Below, in pieces: positions 50,398 to 61,531 of a DNA stretch of 64,000 bases. The position numbers and the translations under genes were made by a program. The notes under the pieces were generated by a model. It did not search any database and was not told where the DNA came from. It saw nothing but the letters and a program-made list of their open reading frames with translations. Origin of the DNA: Curvularia clavata (taxonomy: Eukaryota); assembly GCA_023920165.1 (NCBI GenBank), contig CP089278.1, positions 2,480,001-2,544,000 on the forward strand, written 5' to 3'. Each line of letters begins with the position of its first letter. Positions within the stretch are counted from its first letter, which is position 1.

Positions 50398-51886
50398 TCG
50401 CGTCACATATCTGCCTTTGCTTACCTTTTCTTCATATTTGCGCCACGTATATCTTCCTGTGAGGACAGCATCCTCTTCTCCGATTGCCAATGAGCAGTAT
50501 TCATCACGAGCCACCTTACTTCGTTCGCCCAGCAACCAAAGCAGTTGACCATATCAATCGTTCCACGTGCATGGTATTCCGCTACAACGTGAGCATGCAT
50601 TGAGTGTTTTGCGTCAGTTATCACTCTGTCCCAAGAATCATTGACCATATGCCTTTTTCCAAAGATCAAACACTGAAGATCAAGATCCTTGGTTCCTCAG
50701 TAAGACGGGCAAGCAAGCTACCGCTATTCACGCGCGACTGCAAGTCGCTCGCTAATACTCCGTAAGGGTATGGTGTTTGCTATCGCCATGCTATTTTAGT
50801 CAATACGATGCTACATGCATAAACAGCATTATACCTTGCCGTTTTGTGAGATTATCTTGTCGACCAGACCACCATGTCGTGATCCGGAGCGGAGCTACAG
50901 TCCGGACGACCGTTCGGGCTCAATTCACTAGCAGCCCTCCTTATTGCGGAGAACCATACCTTGTTCGAACTCTCGGGTCAGATGGCGGCTATGCATTGTG
51001 CTTATTATCATCTCGGAGCGATTAGCCTCTTACAGCTCGCTGGAGTCGTTGTGAATAGGAGCTTCGTCTTATAGCTCGGTGTTTGCTTCTCGTGACGCGT
51101 ATACCCCGTATCCCGGTCCTGACCCCTTTTACAATCTGACAGGCTGCACAGCTCGTTCTCGTAGTGCTACTCGTCAACGAGACTCCTCGCATAGTGTCAG
51201 AGAATTGTGATGTACCATCGAAATCGCCGGGAAAGTACGCTGCGAATAGCTGCCCTTTCCTTGGTAGCTACAGAGTTTTAGGATATGTGAAGACAGAAGA
51301 TGTGCTCGGCTGTCCTTCGGTCATATAACCCCGATTATTCCTCGGCATTGTCCAAGCGCAGAGTTCGGTCACATCTGTCCAGCAAGGCTGACCTGTCATC
51401 GGATAAGTCTGCCAAGGCCATTGTGGCAGGCAGCGCAACGTTGCAACCAACTTCTCAAGGATTTCAAAATAGTCAGACAGAAAATCGCTTTACCATAACA
51501 GTGCAACCACGCACCAATCCTGGCGAAATGTATTTACCAATTCTTCAACACGAGAGAGGTGGGAATCTTAGATCTATTAAAAGAGGAATTCATATTTCCC
51601 ATGAAATCGAAAGCTGTTGTGGTGATTTGAACTACGGGATGGGATATCTCATGGACAGTCTTATCCGACTATTTAAGGCCCTGCTTGTTCTTGGGTTTAG
51701 TCCAATCCAGCTACTATCCCTAGTAGCGTTTAATGACTACAGTATTTATATTGAGTTGATCAAAACTAGAGAACCTAATTGGTACGTAACAGACTACTTC
51801 CCACAGGTCACGTGACTCTGAACTAGCACTGTCGCTCCTTAGTTCGGGTTGGACCAGATTCAAGCTGCTTGATTCAGTCTAGCTCT

Positions 51887-51940
51887 ACTGAACTGAACTG
51901 AAATTGTGTTCGGCTGCGTTCCAGCTCAGTTCAGTTCAGT
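51887..51940. repeat. Perfect 15-bp inverted repeat of CTGAA pentamers with a 24-nt spacer
   Basis: ACTGAACTGAACTGA (51887-51901) and TCAGTTCAGTTCAGT (51926-51940). More CTGAAC/GTTCAG copies lie between ~51815 and ~52075. Confidence 0.8.
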
Positions 51941-52452
51941 TATACACAACATTCAACGGGCAGCCTTAACGTGTACATTAGCTTACGTCATACTCCAGAG
52001 CCCGATTCGCTTTAGCTCAACTGGAAACAGGAACTAGAGCTGAGCTGAACAGAACTGTTCAGTCGCGCAGGTGTTCAACAAGAAATCTGTATTACCCAAA
52101 CAGGCATGTTGACCTACGTCATGCCAACGAATTCTTTCGGCCCTACCCGCAGCCTCACCAAGGCCACATTCCATGGCCTACGCAAACTCTTCTCCACAAT
52201 GATGTTGTGGACGTATGGGAACTCCGCACAAGATGGTACACTGTAGAAATCTTCGGCGTTATTATTTTCTACTTGGCTGTGTATATACAAGCAACTAGCA
52301 GCTAAAATCTTTCAACCGCAAACTCTACAGTTTACTGATTCTGCATTACCACTTACTATCGTCATCTCTTTGCATACATTTACTACTCCAACACCCATTA
52401 TCATCTCTACATATACTTGTCCTTCTAACATACCAACATCACAAAACACACC

Positions 52453-52710
52453 ATGACCTCTCCAGCATCCAACCCCAATACAATCCCTTCCGCCACCAGC
52501 GGCTCCCGCTCTAAACTCCTGTCTGGCAACTTCAAAAACTTCCTCAGTAAACCCGCTCTCAAGCACCCCCAGCAAGCCCTCACTGTGCAACTCTTCAACG
52601 CGGAGCAGAAAGCCAGTGGTGACGCAGCGCCGCCGAGAATAGCACCGGCGAAGACGTCCGGGCGGGAAACAGCGGACAATACAACTTCAGGTTCCTTCCA
52701 AGACGAGTAA
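52453..52710 (+). CDS. Small hypothetical protein (85 aa)
   Basis: CACCATG start context, a C/A-rich leader, TATA-like TATATACAA near 52282, and C-ending codon bias. No recognisable domain. Confidence 0.5.
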   Translation: MTSPASNPNTIPSATSGSRSKLLSGNFKNFLSKPALKHPQQALTVQLFNAEQKASGDAAPPRIAPAKTSGRETADNTTSGSFQDE

Positions 52711-53272
52711 TGCGCCAGGCGACCAGATACACTGCGACGAGTGGAGATTAATGAGCAAAAAAAGAAAAAGAAAAACATATCTAATACCAAGCCGCTGCCA
52801 CTTCCATGAACTGGCTAGATGCTCTGCCAATTATCATGGACTTAAAATAGCGCCATAATAGGAGTTCTTATCGGCCCCTCCCTATCCTAGACCAGGAATT
52901 CTCAAGGAAGAGCATGTCGACGCGAGTTTAGTACCACAGGCATCGGGCGAGTGAAATGAGGTTCAGCAGTGCTATCTAGTATCAAGAAGGATCAACTAAG
53001 GAATCATGTAGTAAGGTATTTGGATACGCACTAGGCGAGTAAGTGAAGGTGGCGTTGAAGAAAGGGGGGTTTCGGCTGTGAGTGTGTATATGCAGGTACG
53101 ACGGTATGAATTGCATTCTGCTTAAGATCCTTTTTTTTCTCTTCTTCTTTCCTTTTCAAAGTATGAATAATAGGACATGCATTCAACTCTTCCTGCCAAC
53201 CGCTCTTGTTGCATTCTTCAAATTCATGCCATGATCATCCTCTCATATAATTTCTTTTCTGGCAGTCAAGAC

Positions 53273-54379
53273 CTAAACAAATTCCAAACATCCATCCCTA
53301 TTCGATATCCTCTCATCGAGATTGATCTCCCTTAGTCTCCACTCGCCTCCACTCTCCAACTCAGCCTCCAATCTCTGGCCGCCATCCGTCAACCTCACAT
53401 TGCGTGCACTGGCACCAAAGTTGCCTCCACCACTGCTGTTTCCGCCAGTACCTGGGATTCTGAGATTCTGGCCAGGCCAGATCTGATCGGCGTTGGCGAT
53501 GTTGTTATGGCGCGCGATGTCGTCGAAGGAGCAGTGCGAGTAGCGTGCCGCGATAGCACGGAGTGTATCACCGGGCTGAACGGTGTATGAGGATTCGCCG
53601 CTGCTGCCGCCGGAGGAGCCAGAAGACCAGCGGAAGGAGCCGCAGTCGTTGGAAAGGTACCTGTTCAAGCTGATGGAAGAAGACTGGTACGATCCATCCG
53701 CGCGACGACACTGCGCATGCAGAACGTAGTCGCCATGGGCATCGAGCCTGATATCCCGCGACGAGGCAGTAAAGTTGCCGCCGTAGTTACCTGCAGAACG
53801 CTGGTCGTTGTGGTGTTGAGGGGCAGCACCATAACCTTGTTTACGACGGCGTTCCTCTTCTTCCTCGCGGCGTCGACGCTCCTCTTCAGCGTGCTTCTTG
53901 TCTTTGTGCTCGTCCCATCGGTCTTCGATGGCGTCTTGGCCCTTGTGGCCAGCAAAGGCGCCTGCAAGAGCACCTACAATGGCTCCGGCAGTACCGTGTC
54001 CAGATTTCCCGCCCAAGGCGTGTCCGCCATAACCTCCTGCTGCGGCACCGGCAATACCGCCCATTATACCGCGTTCACCTTCGGGATCACCCTGGCCACC
54101 ATATTGATTTTGGTAGCCTTGGTTGTGCGAGTTGCGGCCGGAGTTGGAAGAGTGCGAGGCGGTAGACGGGTATTGCTGGTACTCGGGTGGTGCGGAGGAA
54201 TCGTAGCCTTGCTGGGGTGGTCCGCCCTGGCTGCCGTAGTACTGGCTGGCGGCGCCCTGAGGTGGCTGTTGCTGGTATCCGCCACCGTTGTTGTTGTACT
54301 CGTTTTGACCGTATCCACCACTTTGATTGTACTCGTTCTGTCCGTACCCACCACCCTGATTGTATCCGTATCCAGACAT
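53273..54379 (-). CDS. CVNH-LysM lectin (LysM inserted in a split cyanovirin-N homology domain) with a G/Y/Q/N-rich N-terminus and a glycine zipper
   Basis: GNFTASSRDIRL...LNRYLSNDCGSFRW, LysM YTVQPGDTLRAIA...IARHNNIANADQIWPGQNLRIP, and GNFGASARNVRL...INLDERISNRDGCL. Confidence 0.93.
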   Translation of the reverse strand: MSGYGYNQGGGYGQNEYNQSGGYGQNEYNNNGGGYQQQPPQGAASQYYGSQGGPPQQGYDSSAPPEYQQYPSTASHSSNSGRNSHNQGYQNQYGGQGDPEGERGIMGGIAGAAAGGYGGHALGGKSGHGTAGAIVGALAGAFAGHKGQDAIEDRWDEHKDKKHAEEERRRREEEEERRRKQGYGAAPQHHNDQRSAGNYGGNFTASSRDIRLDAHGDYVLHAQCRRADGSYQSSSISLNRYLSNDCGSFRWSSGSSGGSSGESSYTVQPGDTLRAIAARYSHCSFDDIARHNNIANADQIWPGQNLRIPGTGGNSSGGGNFGASARNVRLTDGGQRLEAELESGGEWRLREINLDERISNRDGCLEFV

Positions 54380-56005
54380 GTTGTTGACTTTGCTCTGGTG
54401 TACTTGTCAAGCTGATCCAAGCTCAACTGTCGTCCGTCCGTCCGTTTCTTAAACTAAGAACGAGATCCGAATACGAGATGTAGGAGAAAGGTTGACAATA
54501 GATGTTTGATGACTAGAAGCTTATTCAAGGGTTGTGGCTTCAAGTTTATCAAAGCTCTGTCGTGAGGTTGAAAACGTTTCACAAAGAATGAAGGTTCAAG
54601 ATGCGGGGAAGAAGGGCAGGAGGGAAGAAGGTCTGTAAATAGCTCTAACGTGATTCCAAACCACGGTACTGTGTCGGCGAAAAAACGTCACACTATTATA
54701 TATATATCCTTCGCGGATGTACGACCATTGCCCCCAACAAACCCCACTAGACGCATGATGCGCCAGCTGTACAGCCACAATTGACGTCGTCACCGCCACT
54801 TGGGCTGCCTCGGAAGACCGGCAGGGGGCTGGCCGGGCGGGGTGGGCGGTGGGAGGGGAATGGGGACAGAAAAGAAGAGGGGATTGGCAAAGCATGCATT
54901 TGCCCGACTCCACCTTTTACAGCACATCCCAGCAATTAACTGACACGCACCAAGTACTAAGAATAAACCTAAAAGGGTTGGACCAGACACTCTAAGAAAC
55001 TAGAGCATAGATCGATTGAACAAAGACATTTGATAGTAGCTAAGCCATGAAGGTGTGAGTGTTTTCAGGGTGTTGTTGTTTTTGCTGGGCTGGTCGTCAA
55101 TAGAGTGTGCTATACGCCCGCCTGGCCGACCAATGTTTGCTTCCGTTCCGCACGCGCCACAAAACGGCCAACTAAGCTGACCGCCACATTTCTGCCACTC
55201 CGGCGCTAACACGAGGGAGGCTGACGTGCTCAAGCCACGCGCGATTACGTATGAGGTGGCTTACTCACATGGGCTTGCTGGTGAGTGTGCAAGTCGAGAA
55301 GACTGGAGTCTACGTATGGATCAATGTATACTTTGTCTTGGTGTGCTTCTTGTTGTTGTTTTCTGTGTGCACTCAGCACCAGAAGCCGCATTGTGTCCCC
55401 ACGCTACCACAAAGTCTGAAAACCGGGGCCAAACTCGTACAACGCCCGCTGTTTTGTTGTCGGTCACACCAGCATTCACGTGATCAGTATTTGAAAAGGC
55501 GGTAAACGCAATTGGTTGTATGCAACTGTCTTTCTAACTTTTATGTAGCGACCGTCTTGTTCCCGCCACCGGACTGTGTACAAAAAAAAACGCCTACACA
55601 ATGCATCCGCTTACAAAAAGATTGAAACTCAGAAAAAACTTAAAGGAGAGACATGACGCGTGATATAAAAACGATGAAGCATTAGCAAGGAGGTGTATGT
55701 ACAGGAAAGAAAGAACAAAACAGACTGAGAAAGAAAGTATGTGTTTGATATAGATACAGGTGGTTCGACGAGCGCCGATTTCGAAAGCGCGAGTGGCTTG
55801 CCATGGTGGTACCCCTAGCTCCGATACGAATGCTAGAGCTAGCTGACGGCGCTAATTCCGGCGCGAGAACGTGAAAATCACCCCAAGCGATTGCCTGGAA
55901 GCGGGATCGAGTAGGCCAAGTGAAGAGATTGTGTGTAAAGTAATGCTGAGTAATTGTTCGCTCAAACAGACATTGATGAAATATTCAAAAGGTCTAACAA
56001 ACTCT

Positions 56006-57829
56006 TCAATATGTGAAGGCTTCCTCTATGAAATCCACGGAACCCTCGGTGAGCAGTGGCCTCACGGCGTGTCTTACGCTGTCAGCCATGGCACCCGAGG
56101 CGCAAACGGTGACGGCCATGGCGCCGACGCGGTGCTTAGCCTCCTCTTCCAGTAAGCTCTTGATGTTGGGCCTACCGCTGTACATCTTGACGGTATCGCT
56201 GCTGCTCTCGACACGACCCTTTGGCCTTGAGATGAAGAGCTTGATGCGGAGGCACTGCTTGCGGCCCTTCATTCGGAGGACTTCGTCCATCCATGGGCGC
56301 ACCCACTCTAGGCAGTCTGGTGTGGGCACTGTCCAGATGAGGACAATCTTTTGGGTGGCAGTGGTGCCGTTGTCAAAGCCATTGACAAGGTGCTTGAGGT
56401 ACATGACCTGGTGGGTGATGCCGACACCTCCAGCAAAGAGCACAGCAGTGCCGTATGAGTCGAGGCTGTGGTGTCCACCGTATGGGCCTTCAATGAAACC
56501 CCATGTTGTGAATTGCTCGTTGGGGCTTCTGCTAGCCCTTTCGAACATGTGACGGGTGAGACCAGTACGGGCACGGCAAATGAGACTGATTTGCTTCGAC
56601 TTCCTGGGTCGGCCGTCGAGCATGACGTCGCCTTCGAGCGTGGGGAGCGTCAGCTCTTTGGAGTCATCCGTCAGGGTCGCAGCCCAGGCGACGGAGAATG
56701 GATGCGAGGACCAGAGGGAGAGAGCAGGCATCCACATGTGCACGTGGCATCCGGGACGGGGTTGCCATTCGCGGACCATGTTGATGGTCAGACGGACAGC
56801 TTCACCAGGCATGGCCTCGACGGTGATGGAGGATCGCTGCTTGAGGCTGAAGCCGTAGTAGATGATGGAGACGAAGCGGAGGAACCATTCACCGGCCCAG
56901 AAGATGAAGATGAGGTGCATCCATGGGACCTGGGGGAGGTGGTGCATCTCCAAGTGCTTGTACAGACCAAGGAGAGCGGCAATGACCATGACACGGTGGA
57001 TGTTAAGGAAGGTCTCGTAGAAGGCGTGGCGGAAGGGCGACCAGGCTTGGATACCAATGAAGGTAAAGGCAACGGTTCCGACCATACCCCATCCGTAGGA
57101 GCCTTCGGTGTGAAGACCACTAACAACAGCGTGCCATCCTCCTCCTTGCTTGGTGTTGTGCAGCCAGGCGGCGGTGTGCACAATGGCCTCGGCAATGGTG
57201 ATGCGAGCAGCCCAGCGGTGGAACAGGTTGAAGTCGTCATACGAAACCTGGAGAAGGCTGATGAGGGGGTTGTTGCGAAGAGCGAAGAGGACAGTGGGGA
57301 TGAGGTTGAGGGCGGCAAGGGTTCCGGAGCGTCCACGGAGAGCGGCAATGGTTTCCTTGTGGTCGAGGACGTCGTAGGGCAGCGCAAGACACCAGGCAAC
57401 GTTGAGGCCGACGTAGATCAAGAGCATGATGGTGTGCCATCTTCCGGGCAGGGTTCCGTTGTCGATGGCGCTGCTGATCTGGAACTGGGCGTTGTGCTTC
57501 TTCTTCCAGAGAGGAGCCATGAGGATATGGCGGTTCAGCCACGGCCACCAGCTTGTCCTGTTTGTCTGCCAGTACTTTTGGCGGGGGCTGCCCATGGCGC
57601 TGATGTGTCTGCTGTGCTTCCAGGCCATGTTGCATAGGCGCAGGATGAGGAGCATTCCCGAGATGCCTACGAGCAGGTAGAGGAAGGTGTCGACCCACAT
57701 GAAGTTGCCGACCTGGTCGACACCAGTGAGACCATATGAGTACTTGAGGTCATCAAACTTTGCGGCGTTCCAGTTTGAGAGGAGATGGCGCTTTGCGACA
57801 GGCGCGCCCTGGGAGTTTGGGGGAGTCAT
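56006..57829 (-). CDS. Ferric/cupric-chelate reductase (FRE family)
   Basis: ALRNNPL, FHRW and IVHT heme His residues, FYETFLNIH, FAD motif HPFS, IEGPYG, AGGVGITH and EEAFTY terminus. Confidence 0.93.
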   Translation of the reverse strand: MTPPNSQGAPVAKRHLLSNWNAAKFDDLKYSYGLTGVDQVGNFMWVDTFLYLLVGISGMLLILRLCNMAWKHSRHISAMGSPRQKYWQTNRTSWWPWLNRHILMAPLWKKKHNAQFQISSAIDNGTLPGRWHTIMLLIYVGLNVAWCLALPYDVLDHKETIAALRGRSGTLAALNLIPTVLFALRNNPLISLLQVSYDDFNLFHRWAARITIAEAIVHTAAWLHNTKQGGGWHAVVSGLHTEGSYGWGMVGTVAFTFIGIQAWSPFRHAFYETFLNIHRVMVIAALLGLYKHLEMHHLPQVPWMHLIFIFWAGEWFLRFVSIIYYGFSLKQRSSITVEAMPGEAVRLTINMVREWQPRPGCHVHMWMPALSLWSSHPFSVAWAATLTDDSKELTLPTLEGDVMLDGRPRKSKQISLICRARTGLTRHMFERASRSPNEQFTTWGFIEGPYGGHHSLDSYGTAVLFAGGVGITHQVMYLKHLVNGFDNGTTATQKIVLIWTVPTPDCLEWVRPWMDEVLRMKGRKQCLRIKLFISRPKGRVESSSDTVKMYSGRPNIKSLLEEEAKHRVGAMAVTVCASGAMADSVRHAVRPLLTEGSVDFIEEAFTY

Positions 57830-58240
57830 GTTGCGACGAAGTGAATGTGTGCGTGATACTAGTTGCAGCGGAGTGATGTGCGTAATTGTTTAACCAGGAG
57901 AAATAGAGCTGTGGTATTGTGCTTTAGGTGGCTGGTCCCACGGGCGCTTCGTGGTCGGGAAGTGAAGCGGATGGTTGTTGACAATGTGGGTGGCAGGCAC
58001 GCTTGGTCACAGCGAAGGCATTACAAGAGGGCGCAGTCGAATAGCCGTGTGAGTTGTGTATGTGTGTATGCACAATGAGGGGAAGGTAGCGAAGTGGCCT
58101 GCACAGTCGGGTGGTGTGAATGCGGCGTGAGCAGACAATGTAACGATTGACAGTCGCGATGGTTGAATGAGTGAAGGAGTGAAGTAAACAGGGGTTGGGC
58201 TGATTTCGGGAGTCGGGGGTGTGTGTGGGACGGGCGTGGG

Positions 58241-58263
58241 TGTATGTATGTATGTATGTATGT
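58241..58263 (+). repeat. (TGTA)n microsatellite
   Basis: About 5.75 perfect TGTA units upstream of the reductase. Confidence 0.85.
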
Positions 58264-61200
58264 GCGAGTTAGTGAGTGACTGTTCCCGTAACGAGTGAGG
58301 AACAATAGGGCCGCGGTGGAGGCGGGCGAGAAAACGAGTGTAGGCGGCGGCCAAACGACAGGGACGGCGAGCGTGAAGTCGGAGGGGATGCGAGGGAAAC
58401 AGTGGATATGAAGTTCGCGCGAGGGGGAGGCCTGGCCAGCGCTAGCAGGGGGCGAGGCAGCCCGGGCCAGGCGGACGATTGGCCCTGGGCGGCCGGCCCA
58501 GCGCTAGCGGGCGAAACGGGGCGGCGGAGGGCGCAGGCTGCTGGCCACTGTGGCCACTCAGACCCGCGTGCCTGGAAGCGCCGTGAAACCAAGGATCCCA
58601 AGCCCTCAGCTCACGACTGCACAAGGCCAGACGTGCCGATTCCCGGCTGCCAATCGTTGTGCTGTGCCTGGCGATCTGGATGCACATGCGCCACACCTCA
58701 TGGCGACGGCGGCCCTTTGTCGCGCCCTCGCACTCGCTCGTCGTTGCTCGCTGCCCGCTGGCCTCCCTCACCATGGCCCGCCACACCCGCTCTCTGGCAC
58801 ATACTAGCACCCCGACCACGCCGTCACCACGAACAGCGTCAGCCCCCGACCGCTCTGCCCGGTCGGCCTATGACATGGGCGGCTGTCGTCTGCCGCCGCC
58901 TGAAGTCTGCCGCCAAAACCGTCACCAAGCGAGTCGACCTCATCACACATCCCGGCGGAGATCGTACAAAATAAAACGCTCCTGCTGCATCCCTGGGGCC
59001 ATGTTGGCCTGTTTATCACGCTGCCGAGGCTGCTGTCCTGCTGCGCTTGAGAAATCTCCACCATGGCGCCAATCCGCCTGGCAAGGACATGCCACCGCCG
59101 CCCGGTCGTGATACCAAGGCCGAGGGCCGCTCGAGCCTGTCATTCGCTGCCGCCCACCACACATGGCCAGCCGGCTGCGCCACCTACCACCCACCCCTAA
59201 ACCATACACACCAGTAGGGCTGGCTGCCCTCTGTCTACACCTGCGATGCTGCAGTGCACACGTATGCTGTACATGTGTATAGACTAGACGCACACTCGAC
59301 CAGCGCATACGTCGGCTCGCTTGGTCCGCACTGGCACCGTCGCTCCTGCCCCAATTCCCCACCCGCACGTGCCTGTCGCACCTCCCTCCCTCATCATGCT
59401 CCTGCTCACCAAGCCCTCCGCCACGCCGACCCGCTGACTTCCTTACCGGAGCAACGCTCCTCTTTCATGAACTACTTTCCATTGGCATCCCACGCCAGCC
59501 TGCGAGAGTCAGACACGCCCAGCACTCCGGGTCATCTCTCGTTCCTTTCCTTCTGCCGCGCGCACTCGGACCACCAAGTTTTCTAGGCAATAAACCTACA
59601 AGATTGCCTCCCTACTAGCCATGACCAAGCTCGTCATTACACTGCAAAAGTAATCCCCTCGAAAAAAAACCAATGACCTGCTAGCCCCCCCTGTCGATAA
59701 CCTGACGTAGCCAGCTGTACCTGACATTCGTCCACCTCTCGGTACCGCACCTGCCAATGGGCGCGGCTCGCTTCACACAGGTCGTGGTGCTCTGTCGGCG
59801 TGAGCACAGTTTCAAAACACCAGCGCCGGAAAAACGTCCACTGTTCGTCATGACTCGCCACACCTCACGATAACGTTGAAACACTTCTTCATGCGTTGCT
59901 GCTTTGACCCCACCCGCTGTCAAACAATAGCGCCTGCCACGAGGCAGCACGGCGCTTCCTCCGAATCCTTCACACGCTATGCATGAACGCATCCAGTTTG
60001 TCCACGACACATTCGATGCCGTGACCAGAAACAATCGGAATAGCCTTCAATCCTTCTCATTGCTCTCCACCTCCGTCATCTCCGGTCGCCTTCGAGGCCC
60101 GCCCACTTCTGGATCCTGCCTTGCATAAGGTTAGCCTGTGGCGCTCTTTTGCTCACTATGCGCTATCGCTTTGTGTTACACATTGACAGTGACTCGCCCA
60201 AATAGTGACCCAAAATCCCCACTCTGGAACACCATTGTAAATACACTACCCTGTACCGACTACACCGTTGACAATCCACTGGTGTACGCAGCCATGCATT
60301 GTCCTCATGTCGGCTCTAGGTTTGACCATTGCGCCCGATCCGCCTATCGCAGCAGCCACACGTACCCCGTCATCATCGCCTAGTCCTGGTAGCGCAAAAA
60401 AAGAAAAGAGAAAAAAGCTTCCATCTGCTTTCTCATGCACTTCACTCGATGCGATGCCACGATCTAGACAATTACATGTCTGGGACCGAGCGTGTGAGCC
60501 TTGGCCGAGAAAGCTCAAGCTACACAGCCTCTAAGGTCCCCACGATCAAATGATACGTATCCGCACCGACGCCCGTTGTCCCAACCCAAAAAATCTTGCC
60601 CGTCCACGCCCGCTAGTTCTCCCAATGGAAAAACCCTTTGGAAAAATAGCCACTCGCTCCCGGCCCTGTTTGCCATATGAAACACTAAGCTGAACCCCCT
60701 CTCAATGTGGGCTCCACTAATCTCCGTCCTTGGCATCCTACCAACCGTTTTGTACATTGGACAGCAAAAATCCAAACGCCCTACCATAGATGAAACGTCA
60801 CGGCAATATCTACGAGGGATACTAACCAACACAAGCTTTTTTGCTTGATACCCTCTATGAACGATAGATTGCCCAGCCAAGGAATACTCTGCAAAAAACA
60901 AGATTGGCTATAATCAAAAACTCATTCTCCCATTCGTCTGTTCTCACAATGGGTTTGTTGGCAATATTACTTCCTTTGTCTTCTTTTTATTCGCAATCCC
61001 CACACAAAGTCCTGGCGTCATCCCGTTGATACTATACGCAAGATTTCAGCCGCCAGGGTTCTAGACTTCCAGAACCCCATCCCTCGCTTCCCACGCGCCT
61101 GGTTCAAGGGCTGAAAAAGATGAAACACAGTGACGGCTGAGAGTGTTCACGTCAGAGTCATGAGAGTGGCTTCGTTCCACCAACACCACGGCTCCCGTCT

Positions 61201-61531
61201 TGTGTCATGTCAATACATACGTGCGTATTTCGCCGTGCCGTGCCGTCATTTCTTCCTTGCTCACTCGCTTACTTGCCTGTCTGCCTCGTGATGGTCACCT
61301 CACCGCTCTGGTTCGCACACGTCCGGTCCTGAGTGGACGTATTCAAAAGAGCGGTGGGATTCAGATAATACCAAGCCCTTCTTTTGGTTTGGTCTTCATA
61401 TCCAACCAATAGGCCAAGAAATGTTCTTTGCTAGGTTTAATCACAAAACTTTATCATACCAATAAGTCACTACGCACATCCTTTCATCGTTGTCATTTCT
61501 TCTAAATCTCCAACTACGTGTATATATGTAA

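Noticed and set aside
53717..54415. 232-aa hydrophobic plus-strand ORF
   Set aside because: It is antisense to the low-complexity CVNH-LysM N-terminus, so its composition is an artefact.
56468..57637. 389-aa plus-strand ORF
   Set aside because: It is the antisense shadow of the codon-biased ferric reductase and has no domain features.
58269..59586. Many overlapping 100-190 aa ORFs
   Set aside because: These are expected from high GC content and have no consistent coding signal.
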